Shown one piece after another: positions 1 to 9,607 of a stretch of DNA of 64,000 nucleotides (within the stretch, counting starts at the first letter, position 1; each line of letters starts with the position of its first letter). Both the position numbers and the translations under genes were made by a program. The notes under the pieces were generated by a model. It saw only the letters and a program-made list of their open reading frames with translations, was not told the DNA's origin and ran no database searches. The DNA is from Candidatus Omnitrophota bacterium (GTDB lineage Bacteria; Omnitrophota; Gorgyraeia; Zapsychrales; JANLHA01). The stretch spans positions 2,458,662 through 2,522,661 of the forward strand of contig OY759724.1 of NCBI GenBank assembly GCA_963662715.1. Direction: 5' to 3'.

Positions 1-291
1 AGATTCGAGATATACCGGTATGGAGAGCTGCTGGGAGCTGTTCGGTTTACGCCTTTTGAAATAGAAAGGGAAAAGCAGAAGAAGATCCATAGCCTGCGAG
101 CCAGGGTCGAAAAGGAACTCAATCCTCCTGAAGAAGAATCCGACCAGTCAGAGGGGACTCCTGCGCCGTCCCCATCCACAGATATGACCACAGGAGCTAC
201 GCCGCATACGAAAGATGCCTCTGCGGCGCCGGCCGGGAATCCCGTCCCCCCAACGGGGCAGAACCCGGCTGTGCCTGTGCTCCCGGAATGA
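1..291 (+). CDS. 3' end of an unknown protein (Pro/Ala/Thr-rich C-terminal tail); the 5' part lies outside the window
   Basis: Frame 1 is open from base 1 to TGA at 289-291. No start codon in the window. Composition is coding-like. Confidence 0.3.
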   Translation, partial: RFEIYRYGELLGAVRFTPFEIEREKQKKIHSLRARVEKELNPPEEESDQSEGTPAPSPSTDMTTGATPHTKDASAAPAGNPVPPTGQNPAVPVLPE

Positions 292-341
292 AGAAGCTCT
301 TCTCATCCGCGGCCTGTTAAATTTTATAAAATGGATGTCCC

Positions 342-1439
342 TTATTGCGGAAAGCGCTTCCGTACAGGCGTCTTTTTAAAATCTGAGCGTTTTAATTCAA
401 CATCATGATTAGGATTATAAGAATCGCTGTCCGTATAGAGAATGTCTCCCGACTCATTGACCCAGCGGTTTCTCCACTGGTTTGAACCCACCTCGACTTC
501 ATTGGTATAAGGGTTAACGTATTCCTCCTGATCCGTCAACGTGAGGAACATGTCATTATGAATTTCTGCGTTCGTCTTCTGCTGATGGGACACGATATCT
601 TGTTCGATACGTTGAATCTCTCTCTGGGTGTCCAGGACAATTTGACCGCGCTTGATCTGTCCTTGCAGTTCTCCCGCCAGCCAGCGGGAATCGATCTTTA
701 CGGATTTTTGAATGATACCGAAGACAGCTTCCCATTTTTCAAACACATCTTTCGGCGCCCGGATGAAAAATGTTTCCTTGTTGCCCCACATGCCGGCACC
801 GAGCTGGCCCCAGTTTTCTATGACCCCCACCATTTTTTCTTCAAATTCCGTATTGTTTTCAGAGTAATTTATTATGGCCATGGCGGCGTCGTACTGAAAG
901 CCCAGCTGCGGGAAGAACTGCCGGACGCGTTCCTGGTAGTTCTGCGCTACTTTATTGAGATTTTTCTTTTTTTTGAAGTCGATGTTTTGAGCCTGCGGAT
1001 GGGCGTAGGGGAAGGCTATCTGAGTCAGGAAATCGGCAGCGGACATTAAAGGATAGACCGTCATCCCGTTGTAATTGCTCCCGGGAGGAAACATGCCCAT
1101 TTGTCCGGCGGGTGAGTATCTGGCGTCAAAATACAGCATATCAGGAAGCCAGCGAATCATGACCGACCCCTCTTTGTCTTTTTTTACGCTGAAGTCCAGT
1201 TTGGCGGCGATAGACTGGGCCGGGCCGCCTTGCGATAAAGGGTCAACCCGGACAATCCCGCCTTCAATCTGCCACCCTTGCGGAATGAGGATGGAAAACG
1301 CTTTTTCTCTGGGTTCATAAACGCGGGTGAAAATCATAACATCTTCGCGAGCGGTCTTCAGGGCTGTCTCAGGAGGCTGAGAGCAGGACAGGGATGTTCC
1401 CAACAGAACTAAAAGTAAAAAAACAGAAAAGCTTTTCAT
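342..1439 (-). CDS. secreted protein of unknown function with an N-terminal signal peptide
   Basis: 365-aa ORF. N-terminus MKSFSVFLLLVLLGTSLSC is a hydrophobic signal peptide. AGGAGG sits upstream of the ATG at 1439. Confidence 0.6.
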   Translation of the reverse strand: MKSFSVFLLLVLLGTSLSCSQPPETALKTAREDVMIFTRVYEPREKAFSILIPQGWQIEGGIVRVDPLSQGGPAQSIAAKLDFSVKKDKEGSVMIRWLPDMLYFDARYSPAGQMGMFPPGSNYNGMTVYPLMSAADFLTQIAFPYAHPQAQNIDFKKKKNLNKVAQNYQERVRQFFPQLGFQYDAAMAIINYSENNTEFEEKMVGVIENWGQLGAGMWGNKETFFIRAPKDVFEKWEAVFGIIQKSVKIDSRWLAGELQGQIKRGQIVLDTQREIQRIEQDIVSHQQKTNAEIHNDMFLTLTDQEEYVNPYTNEVEVGSNQWRNRWVNESGDILYTDSDSYNPNHDVELKRSDFKKTPVRKRFPQ

Positions 1440-1585
1440 ATGACCTCCTTGTTATGATAAAAATAATAAATATTGTAACGAATGAGATTTGTTTCGTCTA
1501 TATTGAAATTATGACTTTTGGTGTGGTGAGCGGCCTTTGTCCGGAGCATGAAACATTTTTAAGACTGTTGAAAGAGGAGGGGAAT

Positions 1586-1948
1586 ATGTTGTTGAAGATT
1601 CTCGGATGGTTTTGGATCACCGGAGGGATTCTGTTTTTGTGGAAACCGGAATGGTTGCGAAATCGATTGAAAAAGAAAAGCGTCAAAACAGTCCGCAGAT
1701 TTTTATTCAGCCTGATTTTATGTGTGAGTGTCCTTTTGATCAAGGGGGCCTGGGGCGTTCCCGGGATTCTGGCGAAAATCATTCTTGTCCTGGGAATGAT
1801 CGGTATCATGAAAGCTTTTTATCTTTTAAAGGCGAAAACCGCTTCGGTCATTATTGACTGGTTTGTCAATCAGCCGGCGGTTTTTTTCAGGATAGCCGCC
1901 GCCGTTCATCTCATAATCGGTGTTGTTCTCTTACAGGTCCGTGCCTGA
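1586..1948 (+). CDS. small integral membrane protein (start chosen at the RBS-supported ATG)
   Basis: ORF track gives 1394..1948, but that start overlaps the divergent gene. GAGGAGG lies 6 nt before the ATG at 1586. Three hydrophobic helices are predicted. Confidence 0.45.
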   Translation: MLLKILGWFWITGGILFLWKPEWLRNRLKKKSVKTVRRFLFSLILCVSVLLIKGAWGVPGILAKIILVLGMIGIMKAFYLLKAKTASVIIDWFVNQPAVFFRIAAAVHLIIGVVLLQVRA

Positions 1949-2623
1949 AACAGTCCGTTGATGAGCCCGCTTGCCCTCCGGACAAGTTGCCTGTGATTTG
2001 TCGGGACAGGACGCGGAGAAAATCTTTGCGATGACAAACGAGATCAGCAGAGAATAAATGAGCGGAGCTGTTGCTAAAATGAGGATGATTTTTCGTCCGG
2101 TTAATACGGGCGCAGGGATAATCAACGCGAGGAGAATAACCACGGTGATCATGAAATTTTGCGCGGTTCGGCTGTAGGTGTTGATCACTTGGATGATGGA
2201 GGGGATGCGATATTTATCGGCATAGAATTCTCCGATCTGATAAAGGGTTTTCTTCCTGATAACATCACCCTCAAAATCAGAGGACAGGAGGGTTAAGGAC
2301 AGCTCCTGTACGAGTTTTTTCTCCCTGAAATGATTCCTGGCCCCAAGGCAGAGGCAGGGGATGATCCCCAGGAGGATGAGTTTCTGCAAATAAACATAAG
2401 TCAGTAACAGGAACAGGATAATCAGGATGAAAATGGTCTTCTGTTGCCGGCAGATCCCGGTGAATTCTTTGAAAAGCTGTTTTGTCCTTTCATCCCGTAT
2501 AAGCCGTGATTTTATGGCGGGACACAGCAGCAAAGATGAAAACCAGTGACGGACTTGTCGGTCGTTATCGATAGTGCTTGCGATAGCTTCCGTGCTGGTT
2601 ATATTGTCATAAGAGGGGATCAT
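1931..2623 (-). CDS. multi-pass membrane protein, SpoIIM/DUF95-like
   Basis: 230 aa with four or five hydrophobic segments. Resemblance to the SpoIIM/DUF95 family is by eye only. Confidence 0.35.
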   Translation of the reverse strand: MIPSYDNITSTEAIASTIDNDRQVRHWFSSLLLCPAIKSRLIRDERTKQLFKEFTGICRQQKTIFILIILFLLLTYVYLQKLILLGIIPCLCLGARNHFREKKLVQELSLTLLSSDFEGDVIRKKTLYQIGEFYADKYRIPSIIQVINTYSRTAQNFMITVVILLALIIPAPVLTGRKIILILATAPLIYSLLISFVIAKIFSASCPDKSQATCPEGKRAHQRTVSGTDL

Positions 2624-2722
2624 GGATTTTTACGGTTATGGCGTGAATGTATGTTTTATTATTCCACATTTTATATCAATTGTTTCGGTGGAACAAGATT
2701 TTTAACTTCGGTTTGATCTGGA

Positions 2723-4291
2723 GTGCCGGTGATGTCTCAAAAAAATACGGCCGAGGCCTGTTATAATCTGATCAGCATTTTTGTTTTAAGCCTGGTGTTT
2801 TTATATTCTTTCATCAGGGCGGCTGTCGTCCCGGTTTTTCATGATGAAGCTTATACTTATTTTGTCTATGTCAAGGCCCCTCTCAGCGTTGTGATGTCTG
2901 AACTGGGCAACAATCATATCCTGAATTCCCTCTTGATAAAGATGACGGTCGGCATGTTCGGTCTCAATGAATTGAGTCTCCGGCTTCCGGCTCTTTTCGG
3001 GCATGTCCTGTATCTTGTCGGTGTTTACAGGATTTCCAGACTTTTTTTGCGGAGATTCGATCTTGTCGTTGGAACTATCCTGCTGACATTTAATCCCTTT
3101 GTCCTGGAATTGTTCTCTGCGGCCCGGGGGTATGCCTTGGCTTTAGGGTTTTTTATGCAGGCGTGTTATTATTTTCTGCGAAGCCGCGAGGATTTCACCC
3201 CGAGGAATGTTACCCTGACAGCCTGGCTTTTGGGATTAGCCGTATTTTCTCACTTGACCTTTCTTTATCTTTACGTGGCGGCCATGATCATTTTGTCCGG
3301 CGAAATTTTCAGCCGCGGGAATTCATCTTGTCCTGGACAAAACGGAAAACCTCTTTACCGGAAGAATCAATATTTGTCCTATCCTTTCAAGATGAGCCTT
3401 TTGCTGATCTGCCTTTTCACCGGCCCTGTTATCCATCATCTGAAGACAGCCGGATTTTATCATGGAGGGACTCAGGGATTCTGGGCGGATACGGTCAGCA
3501 GTCTGGTTGTAGCCACTCTGTACGGACAGAGGGAATGGCCGCAGTCCTGGCTAAGGGTTGTCATGCTCGGGATCGCCGGGCTCATCAGTTCCTCCGCATT
3601 GTTTTTGCTGCGTGAACGCCTGAAGAGAAAACGGTTGTCGGCGGAGGGCCGGGCTCTTTATGGGTGGCTGTCCCTGCTGATCCTGACGTCGCTTATCATA
3701 ACTCTGGCCCGTGCAATCTTCGGGATTAAGTATGTCTACGGCAGAACGGCTGTTTTTTATATCCCGCTTTTCGGCCTTTTCGTTTTGTGTTTTTGGAAGT
3801 ATTCGGCCGGCTTCTCTGGAAAAAAGTTCAGAATCTTTCCGGGTATGTTTTTATACCTCCTGGCGGTCCTTCTGGCCGCAAATTTAATCGCTTCCATGAA
3901 TATCCGGCATTTTACGATCTGTTCATATGATATAAAAAGCAAAGATGTCATTTCCGCCCTTAAAAAAATGCATCAAAAGCAACGTTTGTCTGATAACCCT
4001 GTCCGGCTCGGAACGCATTTCCTGTTTGTCCCCAGTTTGCATTTTTACAGGGAAAAAAACGGCCTGACTTGGCTGCGGATTATTGACTTGGCCGATCCGG
4101 ACTTCCCGCCCTGCCATTATTTTTACCTCCTGCCCCCGGAGCATGACCTTGTCCGCCAGCATAAATTGGGGAATGATTTTAAAAAAATCCCCCAATCTCA
4201 GCTTACAGTTATTCAGAGGTATCCTTCGGTCGGGACTTTTTTGGCCTCGGGATCTGTATCAGTCCTCCGGCAGGAGAAGGCTCCGGATTAG
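2723..4291 (+). CDS. GT-C fold membrane glycosyltransferase (ArnT/PMT-like, GT39/GT83-type)
   Basis: 522 aa and polytopic. A DE-containing first loop (VFHDEAYTYF) follows TM1, with many TM helices after it. This is typical of the ArnT/PMT family. Possible GTG start at 2723 or ATG at 2732. Confidence 0.55.
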   Translation: MPVMSQKNTAEACYNLISIFVLSLVFLYSFIRAAVVPVFHDEAYTYFVYVKAPLSVVMSELGNNHILNSLLIKMTVGMFGLNELSLRLPALFGHVLYLVGVYRISRLFLRRFDLVVGTILLTFNPFVLELFSAARGYALALGFFMQACYYFLRSREDFTPRNVTLTAWLLGLAVFSHLTFLYLYVAAMIILSGEIFSRGNSSCPGQNGKPLYRKNQYLSYPFKMSLLLICLFTGPVIHHLKTAGFYHGGTQGFWADTVSSLVVATLYGQREWPQSWLRVVMLGIAGLISSSALFLLRERLKRKRLSAEGRALYGWLSLLILTSLIITLARAIFGIKYVYGRTAVFYIPLFGLFVLCFWKYSAGFSGKKFRIFPGMFLYLLAVLLAANLIASMNIRHFTICSYDIKSKDVISALKKMHQKQRLSDNPVRLGTHFLFVPSLHFYREKNGLTWLRIIDLADPDFPPCHYFYLLPPEHDLVRQHKLGNDFKKIPQSQLTVIQRYPSVGTFLASGSVSVLRQEKAPD

Positions 4292-4965
4292 AAGTGGTAG
4301 GTGACGCCGATCGCTATAACAGGATAAAATTTGAACCCGCTGATATCATCCTGCAGGTCGTCTTCTTCCTTTTTAATATCTGCTGTAAAAGAGGCATCAC
4401 TGGCCAAGAGTCCGTCCGCGGTTAGATCGACTTCAGGAGAGCCTTGATAGATAACGCCCAGATCAAACGTGAGACACCAGTCTCCGTTGTCTCCAAAAGG
4501 ATTTCCATAGCCGATGCCTATGTAAGGGGCGATATCATTGAACCCAATATTCCCTTTTAGCGTGCCGACTTGATTGGCCGTGTATGTTGTATCTCCTATG
4601 GTGTAATCCGTTGAACTTTTGGCCGAAGAGTTGATTTCATTCTCATTGATCATAAACCCGGCAGATAAACGAAAATTATTCGAGAACGGGAACCAGTCCG
4701 CCAGGGCAGAGAATGTGAGCAGCTTTAATTCAAAGTCATATTCAACGTCACTTTCCGTTCCATCATAGTCGAATTCAAACAGGTTGAACCCTACCCGCGT
4801 ATTAAAGTTATCAACAATCTTGACGGCTCCTTCCAACCCTCCTCCGAGTGTCCCGGCTTTTGCTCCAATGGCGATTCTTGACCCATAATCTCCTTCGGCA
4901 AAGGAAAAGGATGGGAGCAAGAGGAGGCCTAGGATGAGGATTGTTATCGTCCAGCCTTTTTTCAT
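4288..4965 (-). CDS. small outer-membrane beta-barrel protein
   Basis: The track ORF is trimmed to the ATG at 4965, which has AGGAG upstream. Signal peptide MKKGWTITILILGLLLLPSFSFA. Alternating amphipathic beta strands. C-terminal ...VTYHF ends in an aromatic residue, as OMPs do. Confidence 0.55.
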   Translation of the reverse strand: MKKGWTITILILGLLLLPSFSFAEGDYGSRIAIGAKAGTLGGGLEGAVKIVDNFNTRVGFNLFEFDYDGTESDVEYDFELKLLTFSALADWFPFSNNFRLSAGFMINENEINSSAKSSTDYTIGDTTYTANQVGTLKGNIGFNDIAPYIGIGYGNPFGDNGDWCLTFDLGVIYQGSPEVDLTADGLLASDASFTADIKKEEDDLQDDISGFKFYPVIAIGVTYHF

Positions 4966-5278
4966 TTCTGACTCCTTTCTTAAAATGTGGCTTAGGGGCT
5001 TTCGTGTCTTAGTGGCAGGACGCTGGCGCGGTGTGGGATGGGTGAGCCAAAAGACAGGGATTACAAACGTATATTTTAAAATTTTTAACCGGTGAACAGC
5101 GGCCATATTATAACATAACTTATTTTTGAAGAAAAAAAATAATTCCGACATGTCCCGGGATAAGACAGAGTTGAAATTTTTCTTTGATAAATTTTATCCG
5201 GCACGTTATGATATTAATATCTGCCGCATTTTTGGCCGTAAGAATTCATGTTCATAAGCCGGAAAAAGGATTTCTGTT

Positions 5279-5695
5279 ATGAAAAACGTCCTGTTATGTT
5301 GTCTTCTCGCCGTGATCTTGGGGTGCGGCCAGCCGTCTTCTCCCGAATCACCCGCGTCATCAGCGGCTCCGGAGAGGTCTGCGGCTTATTTGAGCGAAGC
5401 GCTGTATCTGCTGGCCGGGAAATATTCGATTAATATCGATACGTTAATGCGTTTATTAAATGACTACAGCTCGTATACCGGTCGGGAAGATATCGCCAAC
5501 GATGTGAAGCTCGTTTCCATGGCCCGGGCAGAAGGAGAACTTTTAAAAGACGAGATTGATCAGGTGCTTGATATTGAAGAGGCCCTGCGTCTTTTAAGCC
5601 AGAAATATAATGTTTCCCAATCCGTTCTGGCGAGTTTAATTATTGATTATAAGCTGCTTTCTGGCAGGTGTCCTGCTGAGGCCCGTTCTCCCTGA
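5279..5695 (+). CDS. small lipoprotein of unknown function
   Basis: N-terminal MKNVLLCCLLAVILGCG contains a lipobox (ILGC). Confidence 0.45.
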   Translation: MKNVLLCCLLAVILGCGQPSSPESPASSAAPERSAAYLSEALYLLAGKYSINIDTLMRLLNDYSSYTGREDIANDVKLVSMARAEGELLKDEIDQVLDIEEALRLLSQKYNVSQSVLASLIIDYKLLSGRCPAEARSP

Positions 5696-5779
5696 AGGCT
5701 GCCTGCATTATGATTCCCGGATGACCGGTTAACAGGCACGCAGAATCGTAAGCAATCACCATGACAAATTCCGTGATTC

Positions 5780-6772
5780 ATGAAGACTAAACTGATCCGC
5801 ATCATTGTATTTTTGCATGTCCTGACTTTGAGTCCCTTTGCCGCAGCGCAACAGGAAGAGGATTCTATTTATGAAATCTTGAAACAGCAGAACGCAAGAT
5901 TCCACCGTTCCGGGTACGACTTCTCTGTCATCAAGGCCACCGAAGGGAAGCGGCGGCTTCGCCTTCGGGCGGTGAATGATAAGACTTATGCCCCTGTTGC
6001 CGACTTTGCGGTTACTTTCTTGCAAGGGGAAGAGGAGGAATATACTTTTAATAATGAGGTGGTTGTCTCTTGTCCGGGAGGCGGAATTTGTGAACTGGAC
6101 TCTTTGTTCCCCAGACCGTACACATTCCATATTGCGGCGGCGGGTTTTGAATTAAAAGAAATAGTGGTCGATGTCTCAAACCCCGGGGATGATGTTGTCA
6201 CGGTCCCTTTGGCCGCGGCATCCGGGAGGATTCAGGGACGTGTGCTCGATGAAGAGAGTCAGCAGCCCTTGGAAGGCGTTGTTATCCGGCTCTTGGATGA
6301 TGACGTGTCTGTCAAGACCGGACGTACGAATGACAGGGGTTTTTTTGCATTAACGGGCTTAAGGGTGTTTCCCGAAGAAAAGACGTATGTGCTTGTTTAT
6401 GACAGCCCGGACCATTTCATCAAAGAAATCCCTTTTTCTTTTTACAAGCATAACGGGGATATGCAGGATGTCCTGCTCGATTTTGCCCCTTCCGTAGACG
6501 GCCAGCTTACGGATGCCGATGCCCGGCCTCTGGCCGGCGAGCAGATTTTCCTCCTTTCAAAGCAGTTTTATGAGCAGTGGCATGATACCCTTTTGTGGGG
6601 GAAATACTGTGCTTCAAGTTTCTGCCTAACCAATCAAATGGGCCATTTTAGATTTGAGAAATTACAGCCGGGGACATATGTCCTTGTGTACGGCGGCCAC
6701 GAAAGGGATATCTCGGAATTGGAGATCGGGGGGCATGACCGGATAAGTGTTGAGCTTAAAAGAACGGATTAA
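5780..6772 (+). CDS. secreted protein with carboxypeptidase-regulatory-like (CarboxypepD_reg) domains
   Basis: Signal peptide present. Motifs GRIQGRVLDEESQQPLEGVVIRLLDDD...TNDRGFFALTGL match the CarboxypepD_reg beta-sandwich. Confidence 0.5.
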   Translation: MKTKLIRIIVFLHVLTLSPFAAAQQEEDSIYEILKQQNARFHRSGYDFSVIKATEGKRRLRLRAVNDKTYAPVADFAVTFLQGEEEEYTFNNEVVVSCPGGGICELDSLFPRPYTFHIAAAGFELKEIVVDVSNPGDDVVTVPLAAASGRIQGRVLDEESQQPLEGVVIRLLDDDVSVKTGRTNDRGFFALTGLRVFPEEKTYVLVYDSPDHFIKEIPFSFYKHNGDMQDVLLDFAPSVDGQLTDADARPLAGEQIFLLSKQFYEQWHDTLLWGKYCASSFCLTNQMGHFRFEKLQPGTYVLVYGGHERDISELEIGGHDRISVELKRTD

Positions 6773-6913
6773 TACCGTGCTTTTCGTCCTTGTCTTCCCG
6801 GTTTAAGTTTCTGCAAAAATAACGTTTGTCATGCAGGCGAAGATGGGTATAATAAATATTCCGCAGGAAGACGATTTGGTTCAGTGATATCTTAAATAAC
6901 ATGAGGAGGAAAA

Positions 6914-7015
6914 ATGGGAAAAGGTGATCGTAGAACGAAAAGAGGGAAGATCGTAAGAGGTACGCACGGGAAGACGCGGTCAAGGAAAAAAGAAAGAAAG
7001 AAGAACTTGGGCTAA
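6914..7015 (+). CDS. ribosomal protein bTHX (Thx/S31 family), 33 aa
   Basis: Encodes MGKGDRRTKRGKIVRGTHGKTRSRKKERKKNLG. Thermus Thx is [30 protein letters not shown] RBS lies 5 nt upstream. Not in the ORF track because it is under 60 aa. Confidence 0.7.
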   Translation: MGKGDRRTKRGKIVRGTHGKTRSRKKERKKNLG

Positions 7016-7467
7016 AGGATTCCAGCCCGTTTTGTTCCAGCAGAGGCAATGCCTGGAACATTTGACGGGGCGTTTAAGAATGGCTCAAACAAAAATTTTA
7101 TGATAACCATTTCTTCCCGGAGGAACGCCCTCCCCAGCCCTTTGTCCTGCCGGAATTCCAGGATTCAACCTCACAGATACTATTTGATTTTAATGGGGGA
7201 AGACCATATCCTGTCTGATATGAGTTCATAAGAGAACTAAATAATCTTAATCCTTACTTTGAATATATCGAAAAAGGAATATAATAGTACTGGATTTAAG
7301 CTTGCGGCCGGTAAAATATAGGGGCTGACGGTCCCGGGAATGTTTTTTTGTCGCGTTGGCGCATCCGTGTTTTTCAAAGATTGAGCGGGGTTCCTCCGGA
7401 ATATCTGTTTTCCAGCATTGTCCAGGAGGGGTTCTGAAATTTTTCGTGAATCGTTGGAAGATCATTT

Positions 7468-8322
7468 ATGCCACAAAAAGGTCTTAAGAAAGCTGTCAAA
7501 GGTGCGGTTAAGGATTTAACCGAGTTTGTTTTCTTTACCTTGGGACTGGCTCTTTTCCTGTTTATATTTCATAAGCTTATCGGCAGCCGTTTATTCACTT
7601 TTTTGCTGCAATATGCCAGCATTGAAGACGATGCCGTGGCTAAATTTATGCTGTTCATTTACACCGTAAGCAGCTCTGTCCTGATCTTGCTGTTTTATTG
7701 GATGGCCTGGGAGTCTGCCCCCGGACAGAAGTTATATCACAATTATATCAGCAAGCTTATTGTGAAAGACTATTATAAGGAGCAGAAGCGGCTGAATCTT
7801 GACGGGGTCCTCGGGAGTTTGTCCAAGATAGAACGACGGTCTTTAGACGCCGATGAAGACCAGAAGGATGCCGTTCTGGACGGCATGCATGATTCCGAAT
7901 TCAGGATATTTTTTACGGCAGAGGATTTAATACCCCCTGACAGAAGAACGGACGGGCTGCATGTTATCACTTATGAAAACGGAAATCCCAAGCTGGAAGT
8001 GACGTATCAAACCGGAAAGCTGACCGGTGTTTATCGCACGTATTATCAGGACGGGACCCTCCATCAGGAAAAATCTTATAAAGACGGGAAGCTGAACGGA
8101 CTCTATAAAGCGTTTGATGAGAATGGTGTCCCTTATTTTGAAATTGAATATGCGGACGACCATCAGCACGGGGCAGACAAGATTTATAATAAATATGGCT
8201 TTTTGGTGTTTTGCGATACTTATGATCGCGGTGTGCGGGTGAACAGGAAGACGTATGATGAACGAGGGAAAGTTGTTTTTAGCCAGAATTTTGATAATCC
8301 GCAGGTTAAGCCCGATAAATAA
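7468..8322 (+). CDS. membrane-anchored MORN-repeat protein (YwqK-like)
   Basis: N-terminal TM helices. C-terminal tandem repeats of the form YxxGxLxGxYxxYYxxG (for example KLTGVYRTYYQDGTL and KLNGLYKAFDENGV). Confidence 0.6.
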   Translation: MPQKGLKKAVKGAVKDLTEFVFFTLGLALFLFIFHKLIGSRLFTFLLQYASIEDDAVAKFMLFIYTVSSSVLILLFYWMAWESAPGQKLYHNYISKLIVKDYYKEQKRLNLDGVLGSLSKIERRSLDADEDQKDAVLDGMHDSEFRIFFTAEDLIPPDRRTDGLHVITYENGNPKLEVTYQTGKLTGVYRTYYQDGTLHQEKSYKDGKLNGLYKAFDENGVPYFEIEYADDHQHGADKIYNKYGFLVFCDTYDRGVRVNRKTYDERGKVVFSQNFDNPQVKPDK

Positions 8323-8497
8323 TCCAGGCTTTCAGGTAACGGATTGAAAAATATTCCCCATAACAATTCTGCTTATTTGTATTTGTTTTTCCTGTCCCGT
8401 GTTGTCTCAAAAAACGAGGGATGCTGCTGTGGAATTGCAGGGATGGCGGATGACCGGAATATGTCATGATATTTGCGATACAAGAACAGGAGTTGCC

Positions 8498-9571
8498 ATG
8501 GAAATAGGGATCGTCGGATTGCCCAATGTCGGGAAATCAACGCTTTTTAACGCATTAACCGGGGCCGGGGCTTCGGCGGAAAATTTTCCTTTTACGACCA
8601 TTGAACCTAACGTGGGGATTGTGCCTCTTCCTGATCCGCGGCTGAAAATTTTGGCGGAAAAGGAGTCAAGTCAGAAAGTAACGCCGGCGGGAATACGTTT
8701 TGTCGATATTGCCGGTTTGGTTCAGGGGGCGAGCCGGGGGGAAGGGCTGGGGAATAAATTTTTGTCGCATATCCGCGCTGTTGATGCCGTTGCCCATGTC
8801 GTCCGTTGTTTTCGTGATGACAATGTCGTTAATGTCCTGGAGGAACTTGATCCCCTGCAGGCTGCTGAAATTATCGAAACAGAACTTCTGCTTGCGGATC
8901 TGCAGCAGGCCCAGAATGCGCTGGAAAAGGTTCGAAAACCGGCGCAGTCGGGAGATAAAGACGCCAGGGCGAAGTTTGAAGTCTTGGAAGGGGTCCTGCA
9001 AGGCCTGAATAACGGGCAAGCTCTCCGGAGGCAGAACGTCGAGTCTCCTCTTGTTGATGAGTTCCAGTTCCTGACCGCGAAGCCGGTTTTATATGTTGCT
9101 AATGTGGATGAAGAAGGGGCGGGGGAAAATGTCCCGCTCAGTTTAAAGGAGCGCGCCGACCGGGAAAAGGCCGGGGCCGTATCCTTATGCGCAAAACTGG
9201 AAGCGGAGATTATGGAGTTCCCGGAAGAGGAAAGAAGCGTTTATTATGAATCGGCGGGGATGACCTCCTCGGGCCTCGTTCGTCTGGCCCAGGCCGGAAA
9301 AGACCTGCTGGATTTGGTGTGTTTTTTTACGGTCAACCCCAAAGAGGCGCGCGCCTGGTTTGTCCCGAAAGGGACAAAGGCCCCGCAGGCTGCGGGGAAG
9401 ATCCACACAGACATGGAGAGGGGTTTTATCCGGGCTGAGGTGTACAAGTTTGATGATTTGCAGAAATGTGGCTCTCATGCGGCCGTCAAGGAAAAAGGTC
9501 TTGTTTCTGTGGAAGGCAAAGATTATGAGATCCGGGAAGGGGATGTTGTCTATTTTCGTTTTAACGTTTGA
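8498..9571 (+). CDS. ychF: ribosome-binding ATPase YchF (Obg-like GTPase family)
   Basis: MEIGIVGLPNVGKSTLFNALT G1 motif, a TGS-like C-terminus and a length of about 358 aa. AGGAG precedes the ATG at 8498. Confidence 0.9.
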   Translation: MEIGIVGLPNVGKSTLFNALTGAGASAENFPFTTIEPNVGIVPLPDPRLKILAEKESSQKVTPAGIRFVDIAGLVQGASRGEGLGNKFLSHIRAVDAVAHVVRCFRDDNVVNVLEELDPLQAAEIIETELLLADLQQAQNALEKVRKPAQSGDKDARAKFEVLEGVLQGLNNGQALRRQNVESPLVDEFQFLTAKPVLYVANVDEEGAGENVPLSLKERADREKAGAVSLCAKLEAEIMEFPEEERSVYYESAGMTSSGLVRLAQAGKDLLDLVCFFTVNPKEARAWFVPKGTKAPQAAGKIHTDMERGFIRAEVYKFDDLQKCGSHAAVKEKGLVSVEGKDYEIREGDVVYFRFNV

Positions 9572-9607
9572 GCATGTGTTAAGATGTGAAACGGGATGGC
9601 TTGATCT

